Below are positions 49,996 through 58,861 of a stretch of 64,000 nucleotides of DNA, piece after piece. This DNA comes from Gammaproteobacteria bacterium (GTDB taxonomy: Bacteria; Pseudomonadota; Gammaproteobacteria; Steroidobacterales; Rariloculaceae). The notes beneath the pieces are model-generated. The model made no database searches, was not told the DNA's origin, and saw only the letters and a list, made by a program, of their open reading frames with translations. Position 1 is the first letter of the stretch, and each line of letters starts with the position of its first letter. The position numbers and the translations under genes were made by a program. Location of the stretch: NCBI GenBank assembly GCA_050485645.1, contig JBJHBT010000008.1, positions 71,289 through 135,288 on the forward strand, in the 5' to 3' direction.

Positions 49996-50427
49996 ATGGC
50001 AGTCGAGCGTACCCTATCCATCATCAAACCCGACGGTGTCGCCAAGAATCTGATCGGCGAAGTCTACCGGCGTTTCGAACAGGGCGGCCTGAGCGTTATC
50101 GCCGCCCGCATGGTGCATCTGCGCAAGGATCAGGCGGAGCAGTTCTATGGCGTTCATCGCGAGCGTCCGTTTTTCGCGGACCTCGTCAGCTACATGACGT
50201 CCGGACCGGTCATGGTGCAGGTGCTCGAAGGTGAAGATGCGGTGCGCAGGCATCGCGACATCATGGGTGCGACCAATCCCCGTGATGCGGCTCCGGGTAC
50301 GATCCGCGCCGATTTCGCCGCGTCCATCGAAGAGAATGTCGTTCATGGGTCGGATGCAGCCGAAACCGCTGCCGCCGAAGTGAGATTCTTCTTCGCGGAG
50401 ACCGATATTTGTCCGCGAACCCGCTAA
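49996..50427 (+). CDS. ndk: Nucleoside diphosphate kinase
   Basis: [15 protein letters not shown]..., and the NVVHGSD active-site His motif. Confidence 0.97.
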   Translation: MAVERTLSIIKPDGVAKNLIGEVYRRFEQGGLSVIAARMVHLRKDQAEQFYGVHRERPFFADLVSYMTSGPVMVQVLEGEDAVRRHRDIMGATNPRDAAPGTIRADFAASIEENVVHGSDAAETAAAEVRFFFAETDICPRTR

Positions 50428-50441
50428 CGCTGGTTGAGGAC

Positions 50442-51521
50442 ATGCCCGGCAGAACCAATCTGCTGGGCATGTCCGCCGATGCGCTGGTCAGCTACTTCGA
50501 GCAGCTGGGCCAGAAGCCGTTTCGTGCGCGTCAGCTGATGCGCTGGGCGTACAAGCGCGGCGTGCTGGAATTCGATGCCATGACGGATCTGAGTGCGGCG
50601 TTGCGCCAGCAGCTCGCCGCGCAAGCTGAACTCAGACCGCCGGAAGTCGCCGGCGTGGACCGCTCCACCGATGGCACCGTCAAGTGGCTGGTGAAGGTGC
50701 AGGGCGGTCAGTTCGTCGAAACCGTATTCATTCCCGAGCCCGGCCGCGGCACGCTGTGTATTTCGTCGCAGGCGGGCTGCGTGCTCGACTGCGCGTTCTG
50801 TGCCACCGCCCGGCAGGGTTTCAATCGCAACCTCACGGCAGCCGAGATTCTCGGCCAGGTCTGGCTGGCCTCGCGTGAATTGCCGGAAGGCGCGATCACG
50901 AACGTCGTGTTCATGGGCATGGGCGAGCCGCTCGCAAACTACCGCAATGTGGTGCCGGTCGTCAGGCTGCTGACCGATGACCTGGCCTTCGCGTTGTCCC
51001 GCCGTCGCGTGACGATCAGCACGGCCGGCCTCGTGCCGCAGATTCACAAACTCGCCGGTGAGTGCAACACCGCGCTGGCGGTATCCCTGCATGCCCCGAA
51101 CGATGAGCTGCGCGACCGACTCGTGCCCATCAACCGGCGCTACCCGATCGCCGAGTTGCTCGACGCGTGCTGGAAGTACGCCGAAGGCATCGCCAGCCGG
51201 CAGATTACCTTCGAGTACGTGATGCTCGATGGTGTCAACGATCATGCGACGCATGCCCGCCACCTGGTCCGACTGCTGTCCGGCCGGCCGGCAAAGGTCA
51301 ACCTGATTCCGTTCAACCACTTTCCGGGTTCGGATTTCCGCTGTTCGTCACAGCAGGCCATCGACGGTTTTGCCCGGATACTGTGGGCGTCGGGAATCGT
51401 GGCGACGGTCCGCCGTCCGCGTGGCGACGACATCGCGGCCGCCTGCGGGCAGCTGGCCGGCCGCGTACAGGACAGACTTCGCGTGCGTCTTGGTGAAAAG
51501 CTCCTCGGAGGAATACGCTGA
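50442..51521 (+). CDS. rlmN: 23S rRNA/tRNA adenine-C2 methyltransferase RlmN (radical SAM)
   Basis: FRARQLMRWAY N-terminal motif, the radical-SAM cluster CVLDCAFCAT, and the C-terminal DDIAAACGQL. ATG 50442 chosen within the TTG-initiated ORF 50409. Confidence 0.95.
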   Translation: MPGRTNLLGMSADALVSYFEQLGQKPFRARQLMRWAYKRGVLEFDAMTDLSAALRQQLAAQAELRPPEVAGVDRSTDGTVKWLVKVQGGQFVETVFIPEPGRGTLCISSQAGCVLDCAFCATARQGFNRNLTAAEILGQVWLASRELPEGAITNVVFMGMGEPLANYRNVVPVVRLLTDDLAFALSRRRVTISTAGLVPQIHKLAGECNTALAVSLHAPNDELRDRLVPINRRYPIAELLDACWKYAEGIASRQITFEYVMLDGVNDHATHARHLVRLLSGRPAKVNLIPFNHFPGSDFRCSSQQAIDGFARILWASGIVATVRRPRGDDIAAACGQLAGRVQDRLRVRLGEKLLGGIR

Positions 51522-52288
51522 TGTCGAAGCTTGCTCCGGTACTTGTGCTCACAGCCGTTGCGCTGCTGTTGCAGGGATGCGTGACTTCGGGGGGAGGCAG
51601 ACAGGCTTCGGCGGAGGATGCCGCCGAGGCCAATCTCAATCTTGGCGTGGCGTACCTGCGCCAGGGCCGACCGGATCTTGCGCTCGACCGCCTGGAGCGG
51701 GCGGTCGATCAGAACCCGCGACTGGCCGCGGCGCACAGCAGCATCGCGATCGCCTACGATCAGCTTGGCGACGATTCCGCCGCCGAACGGCACTACCGCC
51801 GTGCCGTGCAGCTGGAGCCGAACAACCCTGCGTCGGCCAACAGCTACGGCGTGTTTCTGTGTCGCCAGGACCGCTGGCACGAAGCCGAGCCACACTTCCG
51901 CAGTGCCGCCGACAATCCACGCTATGCGACGCCGGCAGCGGCGTTGACCAACGCCGGGGTCTGCGCCACTGGTGCTGGAGATCGCGCCAAGGCGGAGCAG
52001 TACTACCGCGAAGCCCTGGGGCGTGATCCTGCGTTCGCCGATGCGCTTCAGGGAATGCTGGAAATCTCATACGAGAGCGGCAATGCACTGGGCGCACGGG
52101 CGTTCCTTCAGCGCTATCTGGATGCCGCGCCTCCCAATCCTTCCGTTCTCTACCTGTGCTTCCACGTTGAAAATGACCTGGGCAACGCGGATGCCGCGAA
52201 CCGATGCGCACGGCAGCTTCGGGATAATTTTCCTGAATCGGCCGAATTCGCGCAGCTGAACCGGCTGGACGGTGATGCGCGACGGTGA
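51521..52288 (+). CDS. pilW: Type IV pilus biogenesis/stability TPR lipoprotein PilW (PilF)
   Basis: Lipobox LLLQGC, TPR repeats, and the conserved position after rlmN. The start overlaps the rlmN stop (TGATG). Confidence 0.85.
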   Translation: MSKLAPVLVLTAVALLLQGCVTSGGGRQASAEDAAEANLNLGVAYLRQGRPDLALDRLERAVDQNPRLAAAHSSIAIAYDQLGDDSAAERHYRRAVQLEPNNPASANSYGVFLCRQDRWHEAEPHFRSAADNPRYATPAAALTNAGVCATGAGDRAKAEQYYREALGRDPAFADALQGMLEISYESGNALGARAFLQRYLDAAPPNPSVLYLCFHVENDLGNADAANRCARQLRDNFPESAEFAQLNRLDGDARR

Positions 52289-53339
52289 TTCACAGGACGT
52301 GAAGCCTGCCGACAGCGCGCTGCGAGACATCCCGGCGCCGCGATTGGGCGAAACGCTGGCTGCCGCTCGCACGAACAGTGGACTGTCAGTGGAACAGCTG
52401 GCCGCTGAGCTGCGCGTCGAAGCCAGAGTTCTGGCGGCACTGGAAGGCGGGCGTTTCGACGAGCTCGGCCCTGCGGTGTTCGTCAAAGGCTATATCAAGC
52501 AGTACGCGCAGCGACTGAATCTGAGCTACGCCGAATTGCTCAGGTGTTATCAGCAGGATGCCGGCGTGGAAGAGATGCCGATCGTGCATCGCAGCGGCAC
52601 ACGCTGGCAGGAAACCCGACGCGGGACGCGCTGGGCGCTGTTGCTGTTGCTGATCGTTCCTGTTGTCGCCGGTGGCTGGTGGCTGTGGTCCAGCGGTGTG
52701 CTGCATGGCGTGATCGATCGTGTGACGCAAAGCGGTGACGGCGGCGACCAGCCGCAGACGGCAATCGCGCCGTTGCCGGCGTCGACGTCACGCGTTGACC
52801 CGACAGCGTCGCCGCGGCCCGCGCCTTCAGCGGGTGCGGCACAGCGACCGCAGAGCGAGACATCGACGCAGTTCAGTGCGGCTTCCGTCTCGCCGGCAAT
52901 GTCCCCGCAAGGCGCCGACAGTGTGAGGCGGGTGGACGAAGGCGCCGTTGCGACCGCGACGCAGGATCCGCGGCAGGATGTTGCCCCGGATCCACCGCAG
53001 GGGATCGCCTCGATGTCGCAGGGCGGAAGATCGGAGGGCTCGCCGCCTGCGTCGTCTGACGCGGATGCGGCAGGGACGGTCGGATTTGAGTTGTCAGTGA
53101 ACGGAGATTGCTGGGTGGAGATCATGGATGCAGACGGTGAGCGGGTTCATTTCGGTCTCGCCCGGGCGGGCGACACGCTGATGCTGGCCGGCCGCCCACC
53201 GCTGTCCTTCGTGCTCGGCAATGCCTCCGCGACACGCCTGACCGTCAATGGCCAGCCGTATGCGGTTCCAGCGGACGCGGTGGTGGGCAATATCGCGCGG
53301 TTTACGGTTGACCCCGGCGATGGTCCTGCAAGCCGATGA
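52272..53339 (+). CDS. rodZ: Cytoskeleton protein RodZ (HTH + TM + Pro/Ser/Ala-rich linker + C-terminal DUF4115-like domain)
   Basis: LGETLAAARTNSGLSVEQLAAELRVEARVLAALEGGRFDEL HTH, one TM (WALLLLLIVPVVAGGWWLW), and a C-terminal beta domain (CWVEIMDADGERV...). Confidence 0.88.
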   Translation: MMRDGDSQDVKPADSALRDIPAPRLGETLAAARTNSGLSVEQLAAELRVEARVLAALEGGRFDELGPAVFVKGYIKQYAQRLNLSYAELLRCYQQDAGVEEMPIVHRSGTRWQETRRGTRWALLLLLIVPVVAGGWWLWSSGVLHGVIDRVTQSGDGGDQPQTAIAPLPASTSRVDPTASPRPAPSAGAAQRPQSETSTQFSAASVSPAMSPQGADSVRRVDEGAVATATQDPRQDVAPDPPQGIASMSQGGRSEGSPPASSDADAAGTVGFELSVNGDCWVEIMDADGERVHFGLARAGDTLMLAGRPPLSFVLGNASATRLTVNGQPYAVPADAVVGNIARFTVDPGDGPASR

Positions 53340-54616
53340 GTGGCCTTGTTACACCAGTACGCGGGATGAACGACATCCTGCCGGACGAGGCACCGCTGTG
53401 GGAACGGCTGGAGTCTTCGGCACGGCACCTGTTCACCGCCTACGGATACCGGCAGATCCGTATCCCGGTCATGGAGCGAACCGAGCTGTTCAAGCGCTCC
53501 ATCGGCGAGCTTACCGATATCGTCGACAAGGAAATGTACACCTTCGAAGACCGTGGAGGTGACAGCGTCACGCTGCGGCCTGAAGCCACCGCGGGCGTTG
53601 TACGCGCGGCACTGACGAATGGTCTGATTCACAATCAGCAGCAGAAGCTGTGGTGCGGCGGTCCGATGTTCCGCCGTGAGAAGCCGCAGAAGGGACGATA
53701 CCGCCAGTTTCACCAGCTCAGCGTCGAAGCGCTGGGATACGCGGACCCGGAAGTCGACGCCGAACTGATCCTGCTGTCGGCCCGGCTCTGGCGCGATCTT
53801 GAGATCGGCAGCGTGACCCTGGAGCTGAATTCACTGGGGACGCCCGAGTCGCGTGCGGTGTATCGTGATGCGCTGCGCGCCTACTTCTCGGCGCATCGTG
53901 ATGCGCTGGATGAGGACAGTCTGCGTCGACTGGAACGCAATCCATTGCGCATTCTCGACAGCAAGAACCCGGCACTGGGCGCCATCATCGCGCAGGCCCC
54001 CGTGCTCACCGACTATCTGGACGACACCTCGCGCGAACATTTCGATCGTGTGCAGGGATATCTCAACGACGCGGGCGTGGCGTTCGTGCTCAATCCGCGG
54101 CTGGTGCGCGGTCTGGACTACTACACGCGTACCGTGTTCGAGTGGGTAACCGACAGGCTCGGTGCGCAGAGCGCGGTGTGCTCGGGAGGTCGCTATGATG
54201 GCCTGGTGGCCGAGCTGGGCGGGCGCGATACGCCCGCCGTGGGCTGGGCTCTGGGTGTGGAGCGCATCGTGGAGCTGATGCGCACCGAGGGTCGTGTCGG
54301 CGCCGAACCGGTGACGGATGTGGTGGTTGTGGCGGCCGGCGACGACGCACGCCGCCATGCCTTCGGTCTCTCCGAGAAGCTGCGGGACCGCGTGCCCGGT
54401 GTGGTGATCTCGACGGGCATGCCGTCGGCGAGTTTCAAGGCACAGATGCGCCGTGCCGACAAGAGCGGCGCGCTATATGCGCTGATCGTCGGCGAAGATG
54501 AAGTCAGGGAAGGCCGTTACGGGCTGAAACCGCTGCGAGAGGACTCGCCGCAGCAGGCGCTGACACTGGATGAACTGGCGGCACGGTTGCTGATTGCCGG
54601 GAACCGGGCACAATAG
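53336..54616 (+). CDS. hisS: Histidine--tRNA ligase
   Basis: VRGMNDILPDE, LRPEATAGVVRA, and class II motif 3 region GGRYDGL. The start overlaps the rodZ stop (ATGA). Confidence 0.97.
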   Translation: MSGLVTPVRGMNDILPDEAPLWERLESSARHLFTAYGYRQIRIPVMERTELFKRSIGELTDIVDKEMYTFEDRGGDSVTLRPEATAGVVRAALTNGLIHNQQQKLWCGGPMFRREKPQKGRYRQFHQLSVEALGYADPEVDAELILLSARLWRDLEIGSVTLELNSLGTPESRAVYRDALRAYFSAHRDALDEDSLRRLERNPLRILDSKNPALGAIIAQAPVLTDYLDDTSREHFDRVQGYLNDAGVAFVLNPRLVRGLDYYTRTVFEWVTDRLGAQSAVCSGGRYDGLVAELGGRDTPAVGWALGVERIVELMRTEGRVGAEPVTDVVVVAAGDDARRHAFGLSEKLRDRVPGVVISTGMPSASFKAQMRRADKSGALYALIVGEDEVREGRYGLKPLREDSPQQALTLDELAARLLIAGNRAQ

Positions 54617-54662
54617 AACGTTTTGACCGGGGCGCCCGGGACGCACAGCCTCGGAGGGCTGC

Positions 54663-55307
54663 ATGGACGATCTGTCTGAAAAAGAACAAATCGAGCAAAT
54701 CCGCCAATGGTGGCGTGAAAACGGCTGGTACATAGTCGGCGGTATCGCGCTGGGCGTGCTGCTGCTGGTTGGTTGGAACCAGTACGGGGCCTGGCAGGAG
54801 CGACGGCTTGCCACGTCGGCGGACCTCTATCACCGGCTTCAGGCGTCGGCCCTGGACGACAACGTCGGGAGCGTCGAGTCGTTGCTGGAGACGCTGCGCA
54901 GCGACTACGCCCGCAGCGCCTATACCGATCAGGGCGGACTGTTGCTGGCACGGGTGTACTTTCGTCTGGGTGAGCCTGAACGCGCGGCTGCGGAACTGCG
55001 CCATGTGATGGAGTCCACGCGGGACCGGGAGCTTGCACTGGTTGCGCGCTGGCGTCTGGCCAGAGTGCTCACCTATCTCGAGAACCACGAGGAGGCGCTG
55101 ACGCTCACGCGCGTCAGTGAACCCGGTTATATGGCGGCACGCCTGAGCGAACTGCGCGGCGATATTCATACCCGGCTCGGTGACTACGACGCGGCGCGTA
55201 GCGCCTATATGCAGGCGATGGTGGAACCGGGCGCGGAACTGCTGGACCGCCAGCTGCTGCAGCTGAAGATCAACGACCTTCCCATCCTGGCGGAGAACGG
55301 CTCGTGA
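54663..55307 (+). CDS. yfgM: YfgM-family membrane-anchored TPR-like protein
   Basis: EKEQIEQIRQWWRENGWYIVGGIALGVLLLVGW N-terminal anchor, typical of YfgM. Conserved position between hisS and bamB. Confidence 0.85.
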   Translation: MDDLSEKEQIEQIRQWWRENGWYIVGGIALGVLLLVGWNQYGAWQERRLATSADLYHRLQASALDDNVGSVESLLETLRSDYARSAYTDQGGLLLARVYFRLGEPERAAAELRHVMESTRDRELALVARWRLARVLTYLENHEEALTLTRVSEPGYMAARLSELRGDIHTRLGDYDAARSAYMQAMVEPGAELLDRQLLQLKINDLPILAENGS

Positions 55308-56473
55308 GGCCGCAGTGGTGGAGGCCGCTGTGGTGGATGGCAGCCGCCGTGCTGATCGGCGGATGTGCGTCAGCCGGTCGTGACACCAGTGAACCGCCGG
55401 CCGACCTGGTACCGATACAGGCCGAGGTCGATGTCCGCAGGCTGTGGACGGCCCGCGTGGGTTCGGGATCGGAGCGACTGCGTCTGCCGTTGCGACCGGA
55501 TTCCGACGGCGTCCACATCTTCGCCGCCGCGCACGATGGCCAGGTGTCGGCGTTCGAGATCGAGACCGGCCGCCGCGCATGGAACGTGCGCACCGACCTG
55601 CCGCTGTCTGCCGGTCCTTCATATGATGGTGGCCTGCTGGCGCTTGGGTCCACCGACGGCTATCTGATTCTGCTGGAAGCGCAGACCGGGGAGGAACGGT
55701 GGCGTCAGCAGGTGGGCAGTGAAGTGATGGCGACGCCGGTGATTTCCGGCAACAGTGTACTGTTGCGTACCGTGGATGGCCGACTGCGGGCATTCGCGAC
55801 CGCCAGCGGCAACCTGATCTGGACCGTGGAACAAAGTGCACCGATCCTGACGCTGCGCGGCAACGCGCCGCCCCGCATAGCCGGCAATCGCGTGATCGCC
55901 GGTTTCTCGAACGGCCGCGTCGGCGCCTACAGCCTGGCGAATGGCGACACCATATGGGAAGCGCAGGTGGCGGTTCCCTCTGGCCGCAATGAGCTGGAGC
56001 GTCTTGTGGACGTGGGTGCCGCGTTGCAGGTGGTGGGCAGCGATGCGTTCGCCGTTGCCTACAACGGCCGCCTGGTGGCGCTGGACGTTGATACCGGCGA
56101 TCTCCTGTGGGCACCCCAGCAGCTGTCGTCGTTCGCAGGTCTGGGAGCGGACTGGAATAACGTCTATGTCACCGATGCTGTCGGCACGATCCACGCGATT
56201 GACCAGCGCAACGGTGCCTCGCTGTGGCAGCAGGACGCGCTTCGGCTGCGAGACGTCACCGCACCGGTCCGGTTCGGCGACGTGCTGGTGGCCGGAGACC
56301 TGGAAGGCTGGGTACATGTGCTGGACCCGGGCGATGGCCGGTTCCTGGCCCGCGTGCGCGGTGCTTCCGGGCGCGTCACCGGCCCACCGCTCGTCGTCGG
56401 TGAACGGCTTTTCGTGCAGACCGAGAGTGGCCGGCTCGCCGCGTTCACTCTGGTTACCGACGACGAAGACTGA
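55304..56473 (+). CDS. bamB: Outer membrane protein assembly factor BamB
   Basis: Lipobox LIGGC and PQQ-like beta-propeller repeats. GTG 55304 overlaps the yfgM stop. Confidence 0.92.
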   Translation: MRPQWWRPLWWMAAAVLIGGCASAGRDTSEPPADLVPIQAEVDVRRLWTARVGSGSERLRLPLRPDSDGVHIFAAAHDGQVSAFEIETGRRAWNVRTDLPLSAGPSYDGGLLALGSTDGYLILLEAQTGEERWRQQVGSEVMATPVISGNSVLLRTVDGRLRAFATASGNLIWTVEQSAPILTLRGNAPPRIAGNRVIAGFSNGRVGAYSLANGDTIWEAQVAVPSGRNELERLVDVGAALQVVGSDAFAVAYNGRLVALDVDTGDLLWAPQQLSSFAGLGADWNNVYVTDAVGTIHAIDQRNGASLWQQDALRLRDVTAPVRFGDVLVAGDLEGWVHVLDPGDGRFLARVRGASGRVTGPPLVVGERLFVQTESGRLAAFTLVTDDED

Positions 56474-56505
56474 GCTTTAGGCCCGATGGGCCGGGATGCT
56501 GTTCT

Positions 56506-57894
56506 ATGTTGCCGTCGATCGCGCTGGTGGGCCGACCCAATGTCGGCAAGTCCACGCTGTTCAACCGTCTGACCGGATCGCGCGATGCACTGGTGGCTGA
56601 TTTCGCGGGCGTCACCCGGGACCGCCGCTATGGACTGGGCCGCTACGAAGATCGCGCGTTCGTCGCAATCGACACCGGCGGCATGGCGCTGGATGCCGAA
56701 GGCACCATAGAAACCCAGGTCAACCGGCAGGTTGAACTGGCACTCGAGGAAGCGGATGTCGTCGTGCTGGTGGTGGACCACGTGGACGGCCGCACACCCG
56801 CCGACGAGCGCATCGCAGAAACACTGCGGCGCACGCACAAGCCCGTCATTGTGGCCGTGAACAAGGCGGAGGGCATTGCCGGGGAAATCGCCGAAGCGGA
56901 GTTTCACGCGCTGGGTCTGGGTGAGCCGGTCCGCATCGCCGCGTTGCATGGACAGGGGACAGGCGACCTGCTGGCCAGGGCGCTGACGCATTTTCCCGAT
57001 GCGATTCCGGGCGACGAAGTATCGCCGGAGGACGGGCCTCGATTCGCCGTCATCGGCCGGCCGAACGTGGGCAAGTCCACGCTGATCAATCGACTGCTTG
57101 GCACCGACCGGCTGATTACGTCGCCCGAGCCGGGTACCACCCGCGACAGCATACTGGTGCCCTGCGAGCGTGACGGACGTCGCTTCGTGCTCGTGGACAC
57201 GGCCGGCGTCCGACGTCGCGCGCGGGTCAGCGAGGCCATCGAGAAATACAGCATCGTGCAGACGCTGTCGGCCATCGAGCACGCGCGCGTGGTGATCGTG
57301 CTGCTCGATGGCAGCGAGGGTGTAACGGATCAGGATCTTCACCTGATTGGCCTGGCGCTGGAGCGCGGCCGTGCAATGGTGATCGGTGCCAACAAATGGG
57401 ATGGCCTGAGCGGTTCGGCGCGCCGACGACTGCGTGACGAACTTGAACGTCGCCTGGACTTTGCGTCATTCGCCGAGGTGCATTTCGTCTCGGCGCTGCA
57501 CGGCTCGGCTATCGCCGAGTTGCTGGACGCGGCGTTCAACGCGTTCGAGGCAGCGGGCCGGGAGCTGCCGACACCGCGACTGAACGAGATCCTCGCCGCT
57601 GCACAGGTCGCGCATCCGCCACCCCTGTCGCGTGGTCGTCGTGCGAGGCTGCGCTACGCACACCAGGGCGGCCGATTTCCGCCCATCATCGTCATCCACG
57701 GCAATCAGGCGCACCGGTTGCCGGATACCTACCGCCGTTATCTGGAAAACACCTTCCGCAAGGCACTCAAATTGCGCGGTACGCCGCTGCGACTGGAACT
57801 GAAGACCACCGAGAATCCGTTCGCCGGCAAGCGCAATACGCTGACACCGCGTCAGGTCCGACAGCGCCGCCGTGTCATGAAGCATGGGCGGTAG
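56506..57894 (+). CDS. der: Ribosome-associated GTPase Der (EngA)
   Basis: Two tandem GTPase domains (GRPNVGKSTLFNRL and GRPNVGKSTLINRL) plus a KH-like C-terminus. Confidence 0.97.
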   Translation: MLPSIALVGRPNVGKSTLFNRLTGSRDALVADFAGVTRDRRYGLGRYEDRAFVAIDTGGMALDAEGTIETQVNRQVELALEEADVVVLVVDHVDGRTPADERIAETLRRTHKPVIVAVNKAEGIAGEIAEAEFHALGLGEPVRIAALHGQGTGDLLARALTHFPDAIPGDEVSPEDGPRFAVIGRPNVGKSTLINRLLGTDRLITSPEPGTTRDSILVPCERDGRRFVLVDTAGVRRRARVSEAIEKYSIVQTLSAIEHARVVIVLLDGSEGVTDQDLHLIGLALERGRAMVIGANKWDGLSGSARRRLRDELERRLDFASFAEVHFVSALHGSAIAELLDAAFNAFEAAGRELPTPRLNEILAAAQVAHPPPLSRGRRARLRYAHQGGRFPPIIVIHGNQAHRLPDTYRRYLENTFRKALKLRGTPLRLELKTTENPFAGKRNTLTPRQVRQRRRVMKHGR

Positions 57895-57897
57895 TTG

Positions 57898-58026
57898 AAA
57901 GCCGGTCTGCTGCGGGGCGTCCCCCTTTCCCGGGGTGTCCGCGGCCATGGATGGCCGCGGCCAAGGCGCATGGATGCTCTTCCGCCGTCCCCGGGAAAGG
58001 GGGACGCCCCGCAGCAGACCGGCTTT
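57898..58026. repeat. 129-bp nested palindromic element (38-bp perfect inverted arms, 53-bp spacer containing its own 10-bp inverted repeat)
   Basis: aaagccggtctgctgcggggcgtccccctttcccgggg (57898-57935) is the exact reverse complement of 57989-58026. An inner ccgcggccat/atggccgcgg lies at 57939-57960. The element starts 4 nt after the der stop. Confidence 0.9.
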
Positions 58027-58094
58027 GACGGTGGTTGCGGCTGCGGGCGCTGGCGCGATCTGGAACTTCCACGGGCCATGTCAGGGAGTGGTTG

Positions 58095-58859
58095 ATGAAC
58101 ATTGTTGAGGTTCGCGATCTGAGCAAGCGCTATCCCGTCGCCGGCGAGAAGAATGCCTTCTTCAATGCCGTGGATGGTGTCTCACTGAGCATCAGCGCGG
58201 GTCAAGTGTTCGGCATCCTCGGTCCGAACGGCGCCGGCAAGACCACCATGCTGGAAATGATCGAAGGGGTGACCGGGATCGATGCGGGCAGCGTGCACAT
58301 CGACGGCATCGACGTGCAGCGCGAGCCTTACCGCATCAAGCAGTTGATCGGCGTACAGCTGCAGGCCAACGACTACTTCGACAAGCTGTCGCTGACCGAA
58401 CTGCTGGCATTGTTCGGTGCTCTCTACGGCAGGCGTGTCGACACCCGCGCGCTGCTGGCCCGCGTTCACCTGGAAGACAAGGCCAGTGCCAGACCGGCCC
58501 GGCTGTCCGGCGGGCAGAAGCAGCGATTCTCGATCGCCTGTGCCCTGGTCAACGAGCCGAAAGTCCTGTTTCTGGACGAACCCACCACCGGACTCGATCC
58601 CCAGGCCAAACGCAATCTGTGGACGCTGGTGAAAGAACTGAACCACGACGGCATGACCGTGGTGCTGACCACCCACAACATGGAAGAGGCGGAAATCCTC
58701 TGCATGCGCATCGCCGTCATGGATCACGGCCGGGTCATCGCGGAAGGCAGTCCTCACGAGCTGATCATGCGGCATGCGCCCGAGCCACCCAGCGCGCCCC
58801 TGCACGGCAACCTGGAAGATGTCTTCCTGACGCTCACCGGCAACGCCCTGAGGGACTGA
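58095..58859 (+). CDS. ABC transporter ATP-binding protein (ABC-2/DrrA-like exporter type)
   Basis: AGGGAG SD. Walker A GPNGAGKTT, signature LSGGQKQR, Walker B VLFLDEPTTGLD. ATG 58095 chosen. Confidence 0.93.
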   Translation: MNIVEVRDLSKRYPVAGEKNAFFNAVDGVSLSISAGQVFGILGPNGAGKTTMLEMIEGVTGIDAGSVHIDGIDVQREPYRIKQLIGVQLQANDYFDKLSLTELLALFGALYGRRVDTRALLARVHLEDKASARPARLSGGQKQRFSIACALVNEPKVLFLDEPTTGLDPQAKRNLWTLVKELNHDGMTVVLTTHNMEEAEILCMRIAVMDHGRVIAEGSPHELIMRHAPEPPSAPLHGNLEDVFLTLTGNALRD

Positions 58860-58861
58860 CG

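Noticed and set aside
57898-58026. The palindromic element as an integron attC site, a CRISPR repeat or a bona fide MITE.
   Set aside because: The arm ends show no RYYYAAC/GTTRRRY-type attC core sites. The element is a single unit with no spacer-repeat periodicity. I see no target-site duplication flanking it (gtagttg on the left versus gacggtg on the right). I therefore keep it as an unclassified palindromic repeat.
57466-58126. ORFs 57895-58095(+), 57466-57948(-), 57875-58126(-) and 57852-58079(-) spanning the der-ABC intergenic region.
   Set aside because: They run through the 129-bp palindrome and mirror each other (both contain ...PGKGDAPQQTGF...). These are artefacts of inverted-repeat DNA, not genes.
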